In this document: positions 11,549 through 24,204 of the stretch, in pieces
Position numbering within the stretch: the first letter of the stretch is position 1
How the letters are laid out: every line of letters begins with the position of its first letter
Source: Macrostomum lignano
Taxonomy: Eukaryota
NCBI GenBank assembly: GCA_002269645.1
Contig: NIVC01001095.1
Span: 186,001 to 250,000 of the forward strand
Direction: 5' to 3'
DNA length: 64,000 bases
Made by a program: the position numbers and the translations under genes
The notes under the pieces: model-generated
Database searches by the model: none
What the model saw: only the letters and a program-made list of their open reading frames with translations
What the model was told of the DNA's origin: nothing

Positions 11549-14500
11549 TCAGGGAAACGCATCCGTGATCAAGTACGGCTTCCTAACAACCTTTCTTCTG
11601 CCGCGTTTAACAAATTCTCGTTTCAATCGCCAATTAGCTGCCCTGGCCTCGGCCGTCTCGGGCAGGCGAGGAAATCTGGGATGAGTGCCGGCTAGGGAGC
11701 GGTACAGGGTGTGCGGCTGCACGGGGTCAAGCAGGTACATGTGGTTAGGAGAGCGCGGCTTCTGCCTGATCTGGACTGACAGCGGCTCCACCGGGCGGTA
11801 CGCAGTCTCCTCAGCTGAGCCAATCCACCTGGTTCGCGAGCAGGGAGCCTCGCCATCTAGGAATGGCCGGCCCTCGGCAGCCTCCTCTCGGCTGCAGCGA
11901 GGCGAGCAGATCAGATCTGCCAGGCGGAGCACCTGCTCAGGATTGGCGTCCGTGACGCGGCCGGTGCGCGAGTCGCGTTGCCATAGCAACACAGGCTCCG
12001 GCTGAGTCCACATCTGGTTGGATAGGCGAGCTTGGCCGGCACTGTCGGACACCATTTGATAATCGCCTCCACCGGCCACTGTGGCCAACTGGAAGGCCGA
12101 CAGTTTCAAATAGTCGCCAACGAAGCTGCCAGACATGGTGACGAATGGACGGTCGCCGAGGCGCAAGTCCGTCACCCAGTTGAAGCCGCGATGGAAGGCT
12201 TGAGCAGCGGTGGACGCGTACAGCCTCAGCAGGGCGTCACAGGTGAGCGCGGGCCTGCAGATTTAGGTTGGTATATAAAATAAAATAAAATGCGTTGTTT
12301 TCTACTGATGTAAGTAGCAATCAAGGAGCACTAGAAATAAAAAGTAGAGCAGCTTTAAGGTTTCTAAGAAACGAAAACCCGAGCTTTTAAATTTTCTAGG
12401 AAACAGAAAAAGCTTCCAATTTTTTTGGGCAACATAGTCCCCCCACTAAATTCAATCGCTCACCAAAACTCAGGTCGTTGAAAATCGACAGGCGGCGACT
12501 GGTCCGGCTGCCTGTCCACCCCACCCGGATCGTCGCCGTTAATAGCCAGCAGCAAGCCGAACTCACACGGATCGCCCGGCAGTCTGGCATCGTCAGTCAC
12601 GTGACCGGGCACCGCTCGCAACACTTTATCTCCGTGGCGTTTGAGCAAAAATTTGGCAATCTCGCCAAAGCACCAATAGTCCTGCTCGGGTGTCAGGCCC
12701 AGCAGGTCGGGATTGTAGGGCCAGGCTGGCGGCGGCGGCCGCACGCTGAGAGATGAAGCCAGAGGACTGAGCGGCGTCCGAGAGCGCAGTTGCCAGGCCA
12801 GCGGGGCGCGGATAAGAAATCGGCCGGTGCGCATGGAGGCCAGGTCCGGCAGCAGCAGCCGCTTGCTGGCTGATGGGTGCAGGCCGGAGTACCTGGGGGA
12901 AGGGGGTTCAGGTTGGCAGGAGTGCTGGCGAGCGTGTGGGGATGATTTCCCATTGACAACACACGGTTTGGGGATAATTTCCCATTGGCATCACACGGTT
13001 TGGGGATAATTTCCCATTGGCATCACACGGTTTGGGGATAATTTCCCATTGGCATCACACGGTGTGGGGATAATTTCCCATTGACATCACACGGTGTGGG
13101 GATAATTTCCCAATGACATCACACGGTGTGGGGATAATTTCCCATTGACATCACACGGTGTGGGGATAATTTCCCATTGACATCACACGGTGTGGGGATA
13201 ATTTCCCATTGGCATCACACGGTGTGGGGATAATTTCCCATTGGCATCACACGGTGTGGGGATAATTTCCCATTGACACCACACGGTGTGAATCTCAGAG
13301 CTACCTGGCAAACATCTGCACAAACGGCGACTCGTCCGCTTGCAGATCATCTGGCGCGGTTAGCGCGCCAGTTCGAGCGCAGCCGATTAGCAGGGCCTCC
13401 ATGACGGCGCAGATTCGACGCTGCTGCACCCGCGCCTGGAGCCGAGGCCCCGGCTGTTCCGGCCAGCGGTGCTGGGCTTCCACGGCGCGGACGGCTTCGA
13501 TTGCGAGAGAGATCAAGCTGGACCGCTGATCCAGGGATAGGCGAGAGGTCGGCGACGCCACGACAATGGGAGGCGCCGAAACTGCTGAAGTCGGTGTCAA
13601 CCCGACGTCGCCTTTATCGGCCTCTTCGCTGTCGATCTTCGTTCCCGGCGGCGACGTCGACGATGGCGCCGATTCGGGAACTTTTGGGGCTGATGGGATC
13701 AGCCAGGGATCGATGTTGGCGTTGCAGATGGCCTGAGCAAGGGGATAAATTAGCACAATAGTCATGTTGGCCTACCTGGAATACCTGGTATTGGATGCTA
13801 GCCTAACTGACTCTTTAATGCCTGGCTTATAGACAATGGCGCCAGATGCTTAGAGACAATGGCGCCAGATCATAAAGAGACAATGGCGCCAGATCATAAA
13901 GAGACAATGGCGCCAGATCATAAAGAGACAATGGCGCCAGATCATAAAGAGACAATGGCACCAGATCATAAAGAGACAATGGCGCCAGATCATAAAAAGA
14001 CAATGGCGCCAGATCTTAAAGAGACAATGGCGCCAGATGCTTAGAGACAATGGCGCCAGATGCTTAGAGACAATGGCGCCAGATGCTTAGAGACAATGGC
14101 GCCAGATCATAGAGACAATGGCGCCAGATCATAAAGAGACAATGGCGCCAGATCATAAAGAGACAATGGCACCAGATCATAAAGAGACAATGGTGCCAGA
14201 TCTTAAAGAGACAATGGCGCCAGATCTTAAAGAGACAATGGCGCCAGATGCTTAGAGACAATGGCGCCAGATGCTTAGAGACAATGGCGCCAGATCATAG
14301 AGACAATGGCGCCAGATCATAAAGAGACAATGGCGCCAGATCATAAAGAGACAATGGCACCAGATCATAAAGAGACAATGGTGCCAGATCTTAAAGAGAC
14401 AATGGCGCCAGATCTTAAAGAGACAATGGCGCCAGATGCTTAGAGACAATGGCGCCAGATGCTTAGAGACAATGGCGCCAGATGCTTAGAGACAATGGCG

Positions 14501-15545
14501 CCAGATGCTTAGAGACAATGGCGCCAGATGCTTGGAGACAATGGCGCCAGATGCTTAGAGACAATGGCGCCAGATGCTTAGAGACAATGGCGCCAGATGC
14601 TTAGAGACAATGGCGCCAGATGCTTAGAGACAATGGCGCCAGATGCTTAGAGACAATGGCGCCAGATGCTTAGAGACAATGGCGCCAGATCATAAAGAGA
14701 CAATGGCGCCAGATCATAAAGAGACAATGGCACCAGATCATAAAGAGACAATGGTGCCAGATCTTAAAGAGACAATGGCGCCAGATCTTAAAGAGACAAT
14801 GGCGCCAGATGCTTAGAGACAATGGCGCCAGATGCTTAGAGACAATGGCGCCAGATGCTTAGAGACAATGGCGCCAGATGCTTAGAGACAATGGCGCCAG
14901 ATGCTTGGAGACAATGGCGCCAGATGCTTAGAGACAATGGCGCCAGATGCTTAGAGACAATGGCGCCAGATGCTTAGAGACAATGGCGCCAGATGCTTAG
15001 AGACAATGGCGCCAGATGCTTAGAGACAATGGCGCCAGATGCTTAGAGACAATGGCGCCAGATCATAAAGAGACAATGGCGCCAGATCTTAAAGAGACAA
15101 TGGCGCTAGATATAAAGTGAAACAATGAAATTCAAATATAAAAAACCCAAATCACGCCAATCACCTGAGCTAAAGGTAAACAGCAGGGATGCTCTAATGG
15201 CATATTGAGTTTCCGATACCACATATTCGATTCAGTTTCATTTAGTTCGTTCAATTTGCCGTAGATAGATCTCTGTTTGAGCATAGACTCGCGCCTCTCC
15301 TGCTCAGGAGATGGCCTAGTAGTGAACAGACTGCCATCCAAGGGCAGAGGCGGCTCCTCGCTAGCCGTCAGATCTTCATCGGCGTACCGGGCCTGATGGT
15401 AGGGCGGCACCAGGGTGCGCCGGTACCGCTTCCTGTGAAAGTGCGGTATGCGGCACAGGGCGGCCGAGACATGGATGCCGCGACTGCCGCTGGCCGAGGC
15501 GGCGCCAAGGACCGCTAGTTTCACTGACGAGTTGGCACGGTACAT
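11549..15545 (-). CDS. MRPS30: Mitochondrial ribosomal protein mL65/MRPS30 (PDCD9 family), 4 exons (15545-15165, 13732-13305, 12892-12464, 12254-11549), 647 aa
   Basis: Arg/Ser/Ala-rich mitochondrial presequence. Motifs PGDPCEFG, LYASTAAQAFHRGF, DRPFVT..FQLATV and NQMWTQ match MRPS30 (TGAQAMYQGF, RPFVSQ, YQLNTL, NICWGT). GT-AG junctions have phases 0, 2, 2, and the total of 1944 nt is in frame. Confidence 0.88.
12938..13290. repeat. 32-bp tandem array (gggataatttcccattggcatcacacggtgtg), ~11 copies, fills MRPS30 intron 2
   Basis: Period 32 measured at 12974 and 13006. Confidence 0.97.
13829..15110. repeat. 23/24-bp minisatellite (agagacaatggcgccagat-gctt/cataa), fills MRPS30 intron 1
   Basis: Read directly; contains a duplicated ~188-bp block (identical 65-aa ORFs at 14064 and 14252). 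Confidence 0.97.
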
Positions 15546-15595
15546 GCATTATAACACATTGAGTGAGTCTGCCTGACTAACTGGAGCTTTAGGGT

Positions 15596-16757
15596 GGCTA
15601 CCTGACAAATAGGATCTTCCGAGTAGGTACCTGAATAACTGGGATTTGAGTAGCTACCTGCATAATTGGGATTTGAGTAGCTACCTGCATAATTGGGATT
15701 TGAGTAGCTACCTGCATAATTGGGATTTGAGTAGCTACCTGCATAATTGGGATTTGAGTAGCTACCTGCATAATTGGGATTTGAGTAGCTACCTGCATAA
15801 CTGGGATTTGAGTAGCTACCTGCATAATTGGGATTTGAGTAGCTACCTGAATAACTGGGATTCCTGAGTAGCTACCTGAATAACTGGGATTTCTGAGTAG
15901 CTACCTGAATAACTGGGATTCCTGAGTAGCTACCTGAATAACTGGGATTTCTGAGTAGCTACCTGAATAACTGGGATTTCTGAGTAGCTACCTGAATAAC
16001 TGGGATTTCTGAGTAGCTACCTGAATAACTGGGATTCCTGAGTAGCTACCTGAATAACTCGGATTTCTGAGTAGCTACCTGAATAACTGGGATTTCTGAG
16101 TAGCTACCTGAATAACTGGGATTTGAGTAGCTACCTGAATAACTGGGATTTCTGAGTAGCTACCTGAATAACTGGGATTTCTGAGTAGCTACCTGAATAA
16201 CTGGGATTTCTGAGTAGCTACCTCAATAACTGGGATTTCTGAGTAGCTACCTGAATAACTGGGATTTCTGAGTAGCTACCTGAATAACTGGGATTTTGAG
16301 TAGCTACCTGAATAACTGGGATTTCTGAGTAGCTACCTGAATAACTGGGATTTCTGAGTAGCTACCTGAATAACTGGGATTTCTGAGTAGCTACCTGAAT
16401 AACTGGGATTTTGAGTAGCTACCTGAATAACTGGGATTTCTGAGTAGCTACCTGAATAACTGGGATTTCTGAGTAGCTACCTGAATAACTGGGATTCCTG
16501 AGTAGCTACCTGAATAACTGGGATTTCTGAGTAGCTACCTGAATAACTGGGATTTCTGAGTAGCTACCTGAATAACTGGGATTCCTGAGTAGCTACCTGA
16601 ATAACTGGGATTTCTGAGTAGCTACCTGAATAACTGGGATTTCTGAGTAGCTACCTGAATAACTGGGATTTTGAGTAGCTACCTGAATAACTGGGATTTC
16701 TGAGTAGCTACCTGAATAACTGGGATTTCTGAGTAGCTACCTGAATAACTGGGATAC
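15596..16757. repeat. 27/29-bp minisatellite (gagtagctacctg(c/a)ataa(t/c)tgggattt(ct))
   Basis: Read directly; begins about 50 bp upstream of the MRPS30 ATG. Confidence 0.97.
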
Positions 16758-17699
16758 CTAAGCAGCTGAGAATATACGCTTGTATCTATCTTACCATCTA
16801 TGGAAAAAGCAGCCAATCAAGCAAAATAGAAACAAGCAAAACCAGATTGACACCTAGATGGCAGATATTATTTTACTTCTACAATTCATAATTTAGTTTG
16901 ACGTTATGCACGGGTACTTCTTGTTTTGTCTATTCATAAATAAATTCAAATTTATCATGAAATTATTTCATAAGGATTTTATTAGCCAAAATTAATACAG
17001 AATACAATAATTAATAAAAACTTATAATAGCGAATTCCTCGCACAACTTAATTCATAATTTATAAATTAATTTTAGATTTTTAAATAGCACGCACTACTG
17101 TAAGTAATAGTTCAGCGAAAAAGCAAAATATTAAATTAATTTTCATAAAACAATTTTTTCCCTATTCAACAACAGAATAGAAACGCAAGGTGAGTAAAAA
17201 AATTATAAGATGTACACACTAGGATGTTGGCCAATTGTTCCATTAAACTATAAACAGACAGCTGAGACAAGCAATCAATTTTATTACATTTAGCAACTAC
17301 AGTATACAGTTGAATAAATAGACAATTGTATAACTGACACTTTAATGGGAATATTCAGCAAAATTAGCCAGGGTAGATAGGATAATTAAGGTCTCAGTTA
17401 GCTGCCTTTCTAATGCTTGCTAATCAAGTATGTATACATATATATGTAGCAATTACTAACATAAGTGACAGAACAGTTACTACCAGTAGTATAAGAGACG
17501 GTAAGTAGCGAAAGGACAGAAAATAATTTATAGTGTCAAGCAATATTATAAGCAAATAATTTATTGATAGCAAACTGATAGCATACGCGTTTGCAGTGCA
17601 AAAGAAACAAGTTTTATAAATGTTGCTAATATACCGGTAGTTACACTAACAACTGCAAACAAACCAACAACATCGATGATATAACTAATCAAACTGTTT

Positions 17700-19640
17700 A
17701 GTCAATCAATCAAACCAATCAATCAATCAGCCACCATCAATCAATCAAATAAACCAACCAATCAGCCACCATCAAGCAATCAGCCACAACCAATCAATCA
17801 AATAAACCAACCAATCAGCCACCATCAAGCAATCAGCCACAACCAATCAATCAAATAAACCAACCAATCAGCCACCATCAAGCAATCAGCCACAACCAAT
17901 CAATCAAATAAACCAACCAATCAGCCACCATCAAGCAATCAGCCACAACCAATCAATCAAATAAACCAACCAATCAGCCACCATCAAGCAATCAGCCACA
18001 ACCAATCAATCAAATAAACCAACCAATCAGCCACCATCAAGCAATCAGCCACAACCAATCAATCAAATAAACCAACCAATCAGCCACCATCAAGCAATCA
18101 GCCACAACCAATCAATCAAATAAACCAACCAATCAGCCACCATCAAGCAATCAGCCACAACCAATCAATCAAATAAACCAACCAATCAGCCACCATCAAG
18201 CAATCAGCCACAACCAATCAATCAAATAAACCAACCAATCAGCCACCATCAAGCAATCAGCCACAACCAATCAATCAAATAAACCAACCAATCAGCCACC
18301 ATCAAGCAATCAGCCACAACCAATCAATCAAATAAACCAACCAATCAGCCACCATCAAGCAATCAGCCACAACCAATCAATCAAATAAACCAACCAATCA
18401 GCCACCATCAAGCAATCAGCCACAACCAATCAATCAAATAAACCAACCAATCAGCCACCATCAAGCAATCAGCCACAACCAATCAATCAAATAAACCAAC
18501 CAATCAGCCACCATCAAGCAATCAGCCACAACCAATCAATCAAATAAACCAACCAATCAGCCACCATCAAGCAATCAGCCACAACCAATCAATCAAATAA
18601 ACCAACCAATCAGCCACCATCAAGCAATCAGCCACAACCAATCAATCAAACAAACCAACCAATCAGCCACCATCAAGCAATCAGCCACAACCAATCAATC
18701 AAACAAACCAACCAATCAGCCACCATCAAGCAATCAGCCACAACCAATCAATCAAATAAACCAACCAATCAGCCACCATCAAGCAATCAGCCACAACCAA
18801 TCAATCAAACAAACCAACCAATCAGCCACCATCAAGCAATCAGCCACAACCAATCAATCAAATAAACCAACCAATCAGCCACCATCAAGCAATCAGCCAC
18901 AACCAATCAATCAAATAAACCAACCAATCAGCCACCATCAAGCAATCAGCCACAACCAATCAATCAATCAGCCACAACCAACCAACCAATCAGCCACCAT
19001 CAAGCAATCAGCCACAACCAATCAATCAAATAAACCAACCAATCAGCCACCATCAAGCAATCAGCCACAACCAATCAATCAAATAAACCAACCAATCAGC
19101 CACAATCAATCAATCAGCCACAACCAATCAACCAATCAGCCACAACCAATCAATCAGCCACAACCAATCAATCAATCAGCCACAACCAATCAATCAATCA
19201 GCCACAACCAATCAATCAATCAGCCACAACCAATCAATCACTCAGACATAACCAATCAATCAATCAGCCACAACCAATCAATCAATCAGCCACAACCAAT
19301 CAATCAATCAGCCACAACCAATCAATCAGCCACAACCAATCAATCAGCCACAACCAATCAATCAGCCACAACCAATCAATCAATCAGCCACAACCAATCA
19401 ATCAATCAGCCACAATCAATCAATCAGCCACAACCAATCAATCAGCCACAACCAATCAATCAGCCACAACCAATCAATCAGCCACAACCAATCAATCAAT
19501 CAGCCACAACCAATCAATCAGCCACATTCAATCAATCAATCAATCAGCCGCGATCAACAAATCCGCCACAATTAAATCAATCCGTCAGCCATAATCAATC
19601 AATCAATCAATCAACCAATCCGCCACAATTAAATCAACCA
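17700..19640. repeat. 53-bp CCAAT-rich satellite (~25 copies) grading into (aatc)n / agccacaaccaatcaatc units
   Basis: Period 53 (17761 to 17814). Confidence 0.96.
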
Positions 19641-19752
19641 ATCACTAACCTACCGAATTATTATTAACCACAACGAATCCATCAGTCAACAATACAGTCA
19701 AAGCTTCATCATCTAACAACATTAAAACCAAACCAAACAGAACACACAGAAG

Positions 19753-21566
19753 TTAGTTTGAATCGCTCGAACCACTATCTGCGCTGGCCTTAGCGGTGCC
19801 AATCTCAGCCGGCTCCTTCGAGTCCTCGTCGGTGGCAGCGGCGGCGGCGGCGGATGATGATGCGCCTTCAGCAACAGACAGAGCGGCGAGTTTAGCAGGA
19901 GGCGGCCCCGAGGCGCTGTCGGCATTGGCCACCATGTCTGGCCGAGAGGACACCCGGCGGAGCACGTGACTCGGATTGAACAGGCTCGCCGTGGTGGCGT
20001 CTTCGTCTACGTCGCCGACTCCGTCGTCGTCAGCAGCGGCGACAGAGGCGGCAGCCGCGCTGGAGCCAACAGTTGAATTGGCTGTCGAAGCGGCCGACAC
20101 AGCTGGCGCTTTCCGCTTCCGTTTAGCCGTGGCGGCGGCCTTCTCCAGGCGGACTGTCTGCTTTCGCAGGTCAACAATCTGCGCGCGCAGCTGATCAGCC
20201 TCGGCCTGAGCGGCTCTCTGCTGCTGCTCCATGCTTCGGCTGAGCTCCTCGGTGCGCCGCCGGAGGTCGGCTCGAAGCTCCATGATCTGCCGGTCGCGTT
20301 CGGCCAGCTGCGAGTCGCGCTCGCCAAGTAGTCGGCGAAGCCGCCTGGCCTCCTCCTGGAGCTGCTGCTGCTGCTCGGGCTGCTGGCCAATCAGGGCGGC
20401 CGTGGCTGCCGCTTTGGCCGCTGCGGCTGCGGCAGCGGCGGCGGCGGTAGCCGACATTGGAGTGGCCGCAGATCCGCTTGTCGCTGTGGCGGGCGACAGA
20501 AGTTGAGGGGGCGGCGGGGTCGGCTGAGGAAATTGCTGCTGCTGCTGTTGTTGCTGGAGTGAGGTTCTCGGCGCGCTCACCTGGGATTTAGGGATAAATG
20601 GGATGACGCAATTTGATTGGATTAGATAGAATACCAGCAAGAATATTTAGGTACTAATAGTAATATTTCTTTAGTAAGTAGCATAATAGTAGTATTATTT
20701 AGCAGTAGCACTAGTGGGATAAATGGGATAGCAACAGTGGGATAAATGGGATAGCAACAATGGGATAAATGGGATAGCAACAATGAATAGCAACAATGGG
20801 ATAATTGGGATAGCCAGTGAGATAAATGGGATATTTAGTTGAATTAATGAGATAGCAACAGTAGGATAAATGGGATAGCAACAATCGGATAAATGGGATA
20901 GCAACAGTGGGATAAATGGGGATAGCAACAGTAGGATGAATGGGATATTCAGTGGGATAAATGGGATAGCAACAGTAGGATAAATGGGAGAGCAAGTTAA
21001 GGAAAAGAAAAATTCAATAAAAGAGCAAGTCAGAATGCCAGAATTCAGGGCCTCACCTTCTTTTCCAACAGGTAGTCAATATCCTCCTGCGACTCCACCC
21101 TGGCGTCATCTTTCTCAAGTCGCCTACGCCGCTTCTTATAAGAATAGGTGCATAGCCAGCACAGTGTCTGATTGTCAACCTTTGACCGACTCTGCGCGTC
21201 TTTAACAAAGGCGCACTTCTGCTGGCACATCTGGCACACAACTGGCTGGCCAAACTTGCCCCTATAGTGAAAACAGCGAACGCATTCGTCGCCTTTCCAT
21301 AGCATTTTTAGCCGACAGGTTGGACAATGGCGCGGCTCGCCGTGCTGCCGTTCCTGCTGCTGGCATTTGGCGCATTTCACGTCCGCGGCGCTGCCCGAAC
21401 GTTTGAAATCGTTTTTACAATACAGACACTGATAGGTCTGGCGCGTCTGTTGCTGGTGGGCGGACGGCTCGGGCAGTTTGCCGCGGTGATGGCGGTGATG
21501 CCTCGGGTGGCGATGGCTTCGGGAGCCTGACTGGGTGGTGTCCAGCAATTTTGCACAATATAGCAT
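19753..21566 (-). CDS. FAM76: FAM76-family protein (Cys-rich N-half, coiled coil); exons ~21526/21566-21057 and 20580-19753; first exon not located
   Basis: CLYCK..CAKC..CPTC..CVRC..CQMCQQKCAF..KVDNQTLCWLCTYSYKK matches FAM76A/B (CEQCKQQCAF..KVDGKLLCWLCTLSYK). The coiled coil LQEEARRLRRLLGERDSQLAERDRQIMELRAD matches the FAM76 C-terminus. Phase-0 GT-AG intron at 21056-20581. Confidence 0.9.
20714..20988. repeat. ~23-bp minisatellite (gggataaatgggatagcaacagt) in the FAM76 intron
   Basis: Read directly. Confidence 0.92.
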
Positions 21567-22521
21567 ATTCTAGTGTAAAACGGCCCTTTTTTGTGGCTCA
21601 CAATACTTTATAGTCACATTGCAGCCAATTATAATAAATGCTCCTGACGATAACTATGTTCTAATATTAAAGCATATACAAATGGCCAATATCTCTAATA
21701 GACAGAGTGGCCCATATGATACACCTGATTCATAGCATTAATAACTTTTGTCATTCAAAACCACCAATGTTGACAAAATTTTAACATAACTTTGTGCCAC
21801 AAGTATAGTATCATATGTATAAAGTTGTGTACCAACGCATCAGAAAATGGCAACTGATCATAAAGTAGAAAAGCACAGTGAAGCCAGGGTCCACATTGTG
21901 TAAATAGTATACACTGGAACAAGAATCCTATCTTAGCTAAATGTGCCAATGTATGCAAAAATGGAAAATCTCAATAAATCAAGCAACTCCTAAGCCAACT
22001 CCTAATTTCTCCTAAAAAGTTATTTGGTTTTTATAAGTTGAGTTTTTCAAGAATGGTTTTTGTAAGAAAAATCTTTTTTTAAATATTATAATTATTTTCA
22101 TTAATTTACTTTAAACAAAAATAAATTATAAAAGTTTTTAGCAATCATTTTATTAAATATTAATTGTAAAAAAAGCTAAAAGTTTATTTTCAACTTTCTA
22201 AAGTATATTAATTTTCCTTTGTTTTATAGAAACAATGTATTTACATTAATTTTCTTTAACTTGTTTACCAAAAAATTGGCATGAATTTATAAGCCAAAAT
22301 CAGTGTGCCAACTTTGAAGGGGATCATTTAGAGACCTTCTAGAGTCTAGCATTAAAGTTGAAGTGCATAGCTAAACTGATAATGAATTGACTTGTATTTG
22401 CATAAGTGTGTATATATATAACTTTTATATACATAATGCAATACTTATGGCAGCATGTTGATTTTGTCAACATTGATTGCAAAAAACAATTTATTAATAT
22501 AACAAAGCAAACAAATGGATA

Positions 22522-22807
22522 CATACATGCACAACAGTTGGCCAAGTCAGCCAATCTAGCCAACCAAAATAAGTCACAAAAATGCCCACCCAAATAAATA
22601 CCCAAGTAGTACTAAGTAGATAATGAGGCATTTTGCCTTAATAAGATAGTCATAGTTACTCCTGTCATTTACCCAAAGTTGCATTAATTTTGCTTTGGGG
22701 TTTCTTTTACATGTAAGATGTAAGTCACATTTTGGCCAAAAACTATCACATTTTTTGTTAAAACTAAGTCACATAGCTGACCAAATTTTGGAGGTTGCGC
22801 ATGTATG
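22522..22807 (-). mobile_element. hAT-type MITE, 286 bp, 8-bp TSD AATGGATA
   Basis: TIR catacatgc(a/g)caac...gttgcgcatgtatg. AATGGATA at 22514-22521 and 22808-22815. Inverted and diverged relative to the copies at 23600-24204. Confidence 0.85.
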
Positions 22808-23599
22808 AATGGATAGGTGGGCTACTCTATCTATGAACTGAAGTCAATATAAAACACAAATTCATTATAGCAAGCATATTATAAAAGCAAAAATATAATG
22901 GACATCAATATATAAAACATAGTTCTGCTTTTCTATTATACAATATATGTTTTTATATGTAAAAAAGCACTGTAATAACAAATGCTTAAGACAAAAACAA
23001 AAAGATGATTTTTTTATAATTTTACACTTAGGCTTAGGCCTATGGAAAAAAAGAACAACTTGTTTTAAAACAAGCTCAAAAAGGAAATAAGGAACAAACA
23101 TTATGAATGTTGTAATGTTTAACCTTGCCCTGTATCCATACTCTGTATGCTAAAAATGATTCCCTTTATTATAATTTCAAGTTTATATAAAAAAATTTAC
23201 TCGTGATGTATTCATCAAACTTATACCAACCTTTATTGCATTGAACACTAGGACCTTTTTTGCATTACAAAACTTTGGTTTTTGTATGCCAACTATGCTA
23301 TATATTGGCTATATGGCATAATTTTCTAGCAAATTGTTCTGTTTACCAAATATTTTATGCCAATCCTTTTTTTACATCCATTGTATACTAGAATTTTTTT
23401 TGACATTTATATAAGACTTGGAAATGGGGCCTTGTATCAAGTATTATAAGGTTGAAAAGGTTAGTTAATATACTTTTCTAATAGAGTAAATGTAGAAAAC
23501 CTAATCTAGAATCTAAATAGATAATATGCTTGACCATTCTATGATATATTTTTGTTATGCATTTCAATTTGCTATAGCAATATGCTAATGCTATAGCAA

Positions 23600-24204
23600 C
23601 ATACATGCGCAACCTCCGAAATTCAGTCGGCCATGCGACTTAGTTTTAACAAAAATGTGACATAGTTTTTGGCCAAAAATGCAACTTACATGTAAAAAAA
23701 CCCTAAAGCAAAATTAACGCAATTTGGGTAAATGGCAGGAGTAACTATGACTGTCTTATAAGGCAAAAATGTCTCATCAGCTACTTAGTACTACTACTTG
23801 GGTTTTTTCGGGTGGGCATTTTTGCGACTTCCTTGGTTGGCCACCAAATCGGTCGGCCGGATCGGCCGACTCGGCTAACTGTTGCACATGTATGTATAGC
23901 AACATACATGTGCAACCTCCAAAATTCGGTCAGCCGTGCGACTTAGTTTTAACAAAAATGCGACGTAGTTTTTGGCCAAAAATGCGACTTACATATAAAA
24001 AAACCCGAAAGCAAAATTAACGCAACTTTGGGTAAACGGCAGGAGTAACTATAACTATATGTTTTATTAAGCTAAAATGCCTCGTCAGCTACTTAGTACT
24101 ACTCTTTAGGTTATTTTTTGGGTGGGCATTTTTGCGACTTCCTTGATTGGCCGCCAAATCGGTCGGCCGGATCGGCCGACTCGGCCGACTGTTGCGCATG
24201 TATG
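23600..24204 (+). mobile_element. Head-to-tail dimer of the same hAT-type MITE (23600-23894, 23903-24204)
   Basis: The 8-mer TATAGCAA occurs at 23592-23599, 23895-23902 and 24205-24212. Each monomer has CATACATG(C/T)GCAAC TIRs. Confidence 0.88.

Noticed and set aside
8436-13290. CRISPR-like appearance of the 41-bp and 32-bp arrays
   Set aside because: Units abut with no unique spacers, there are no cas genes, and the context is eukaryotic intron.
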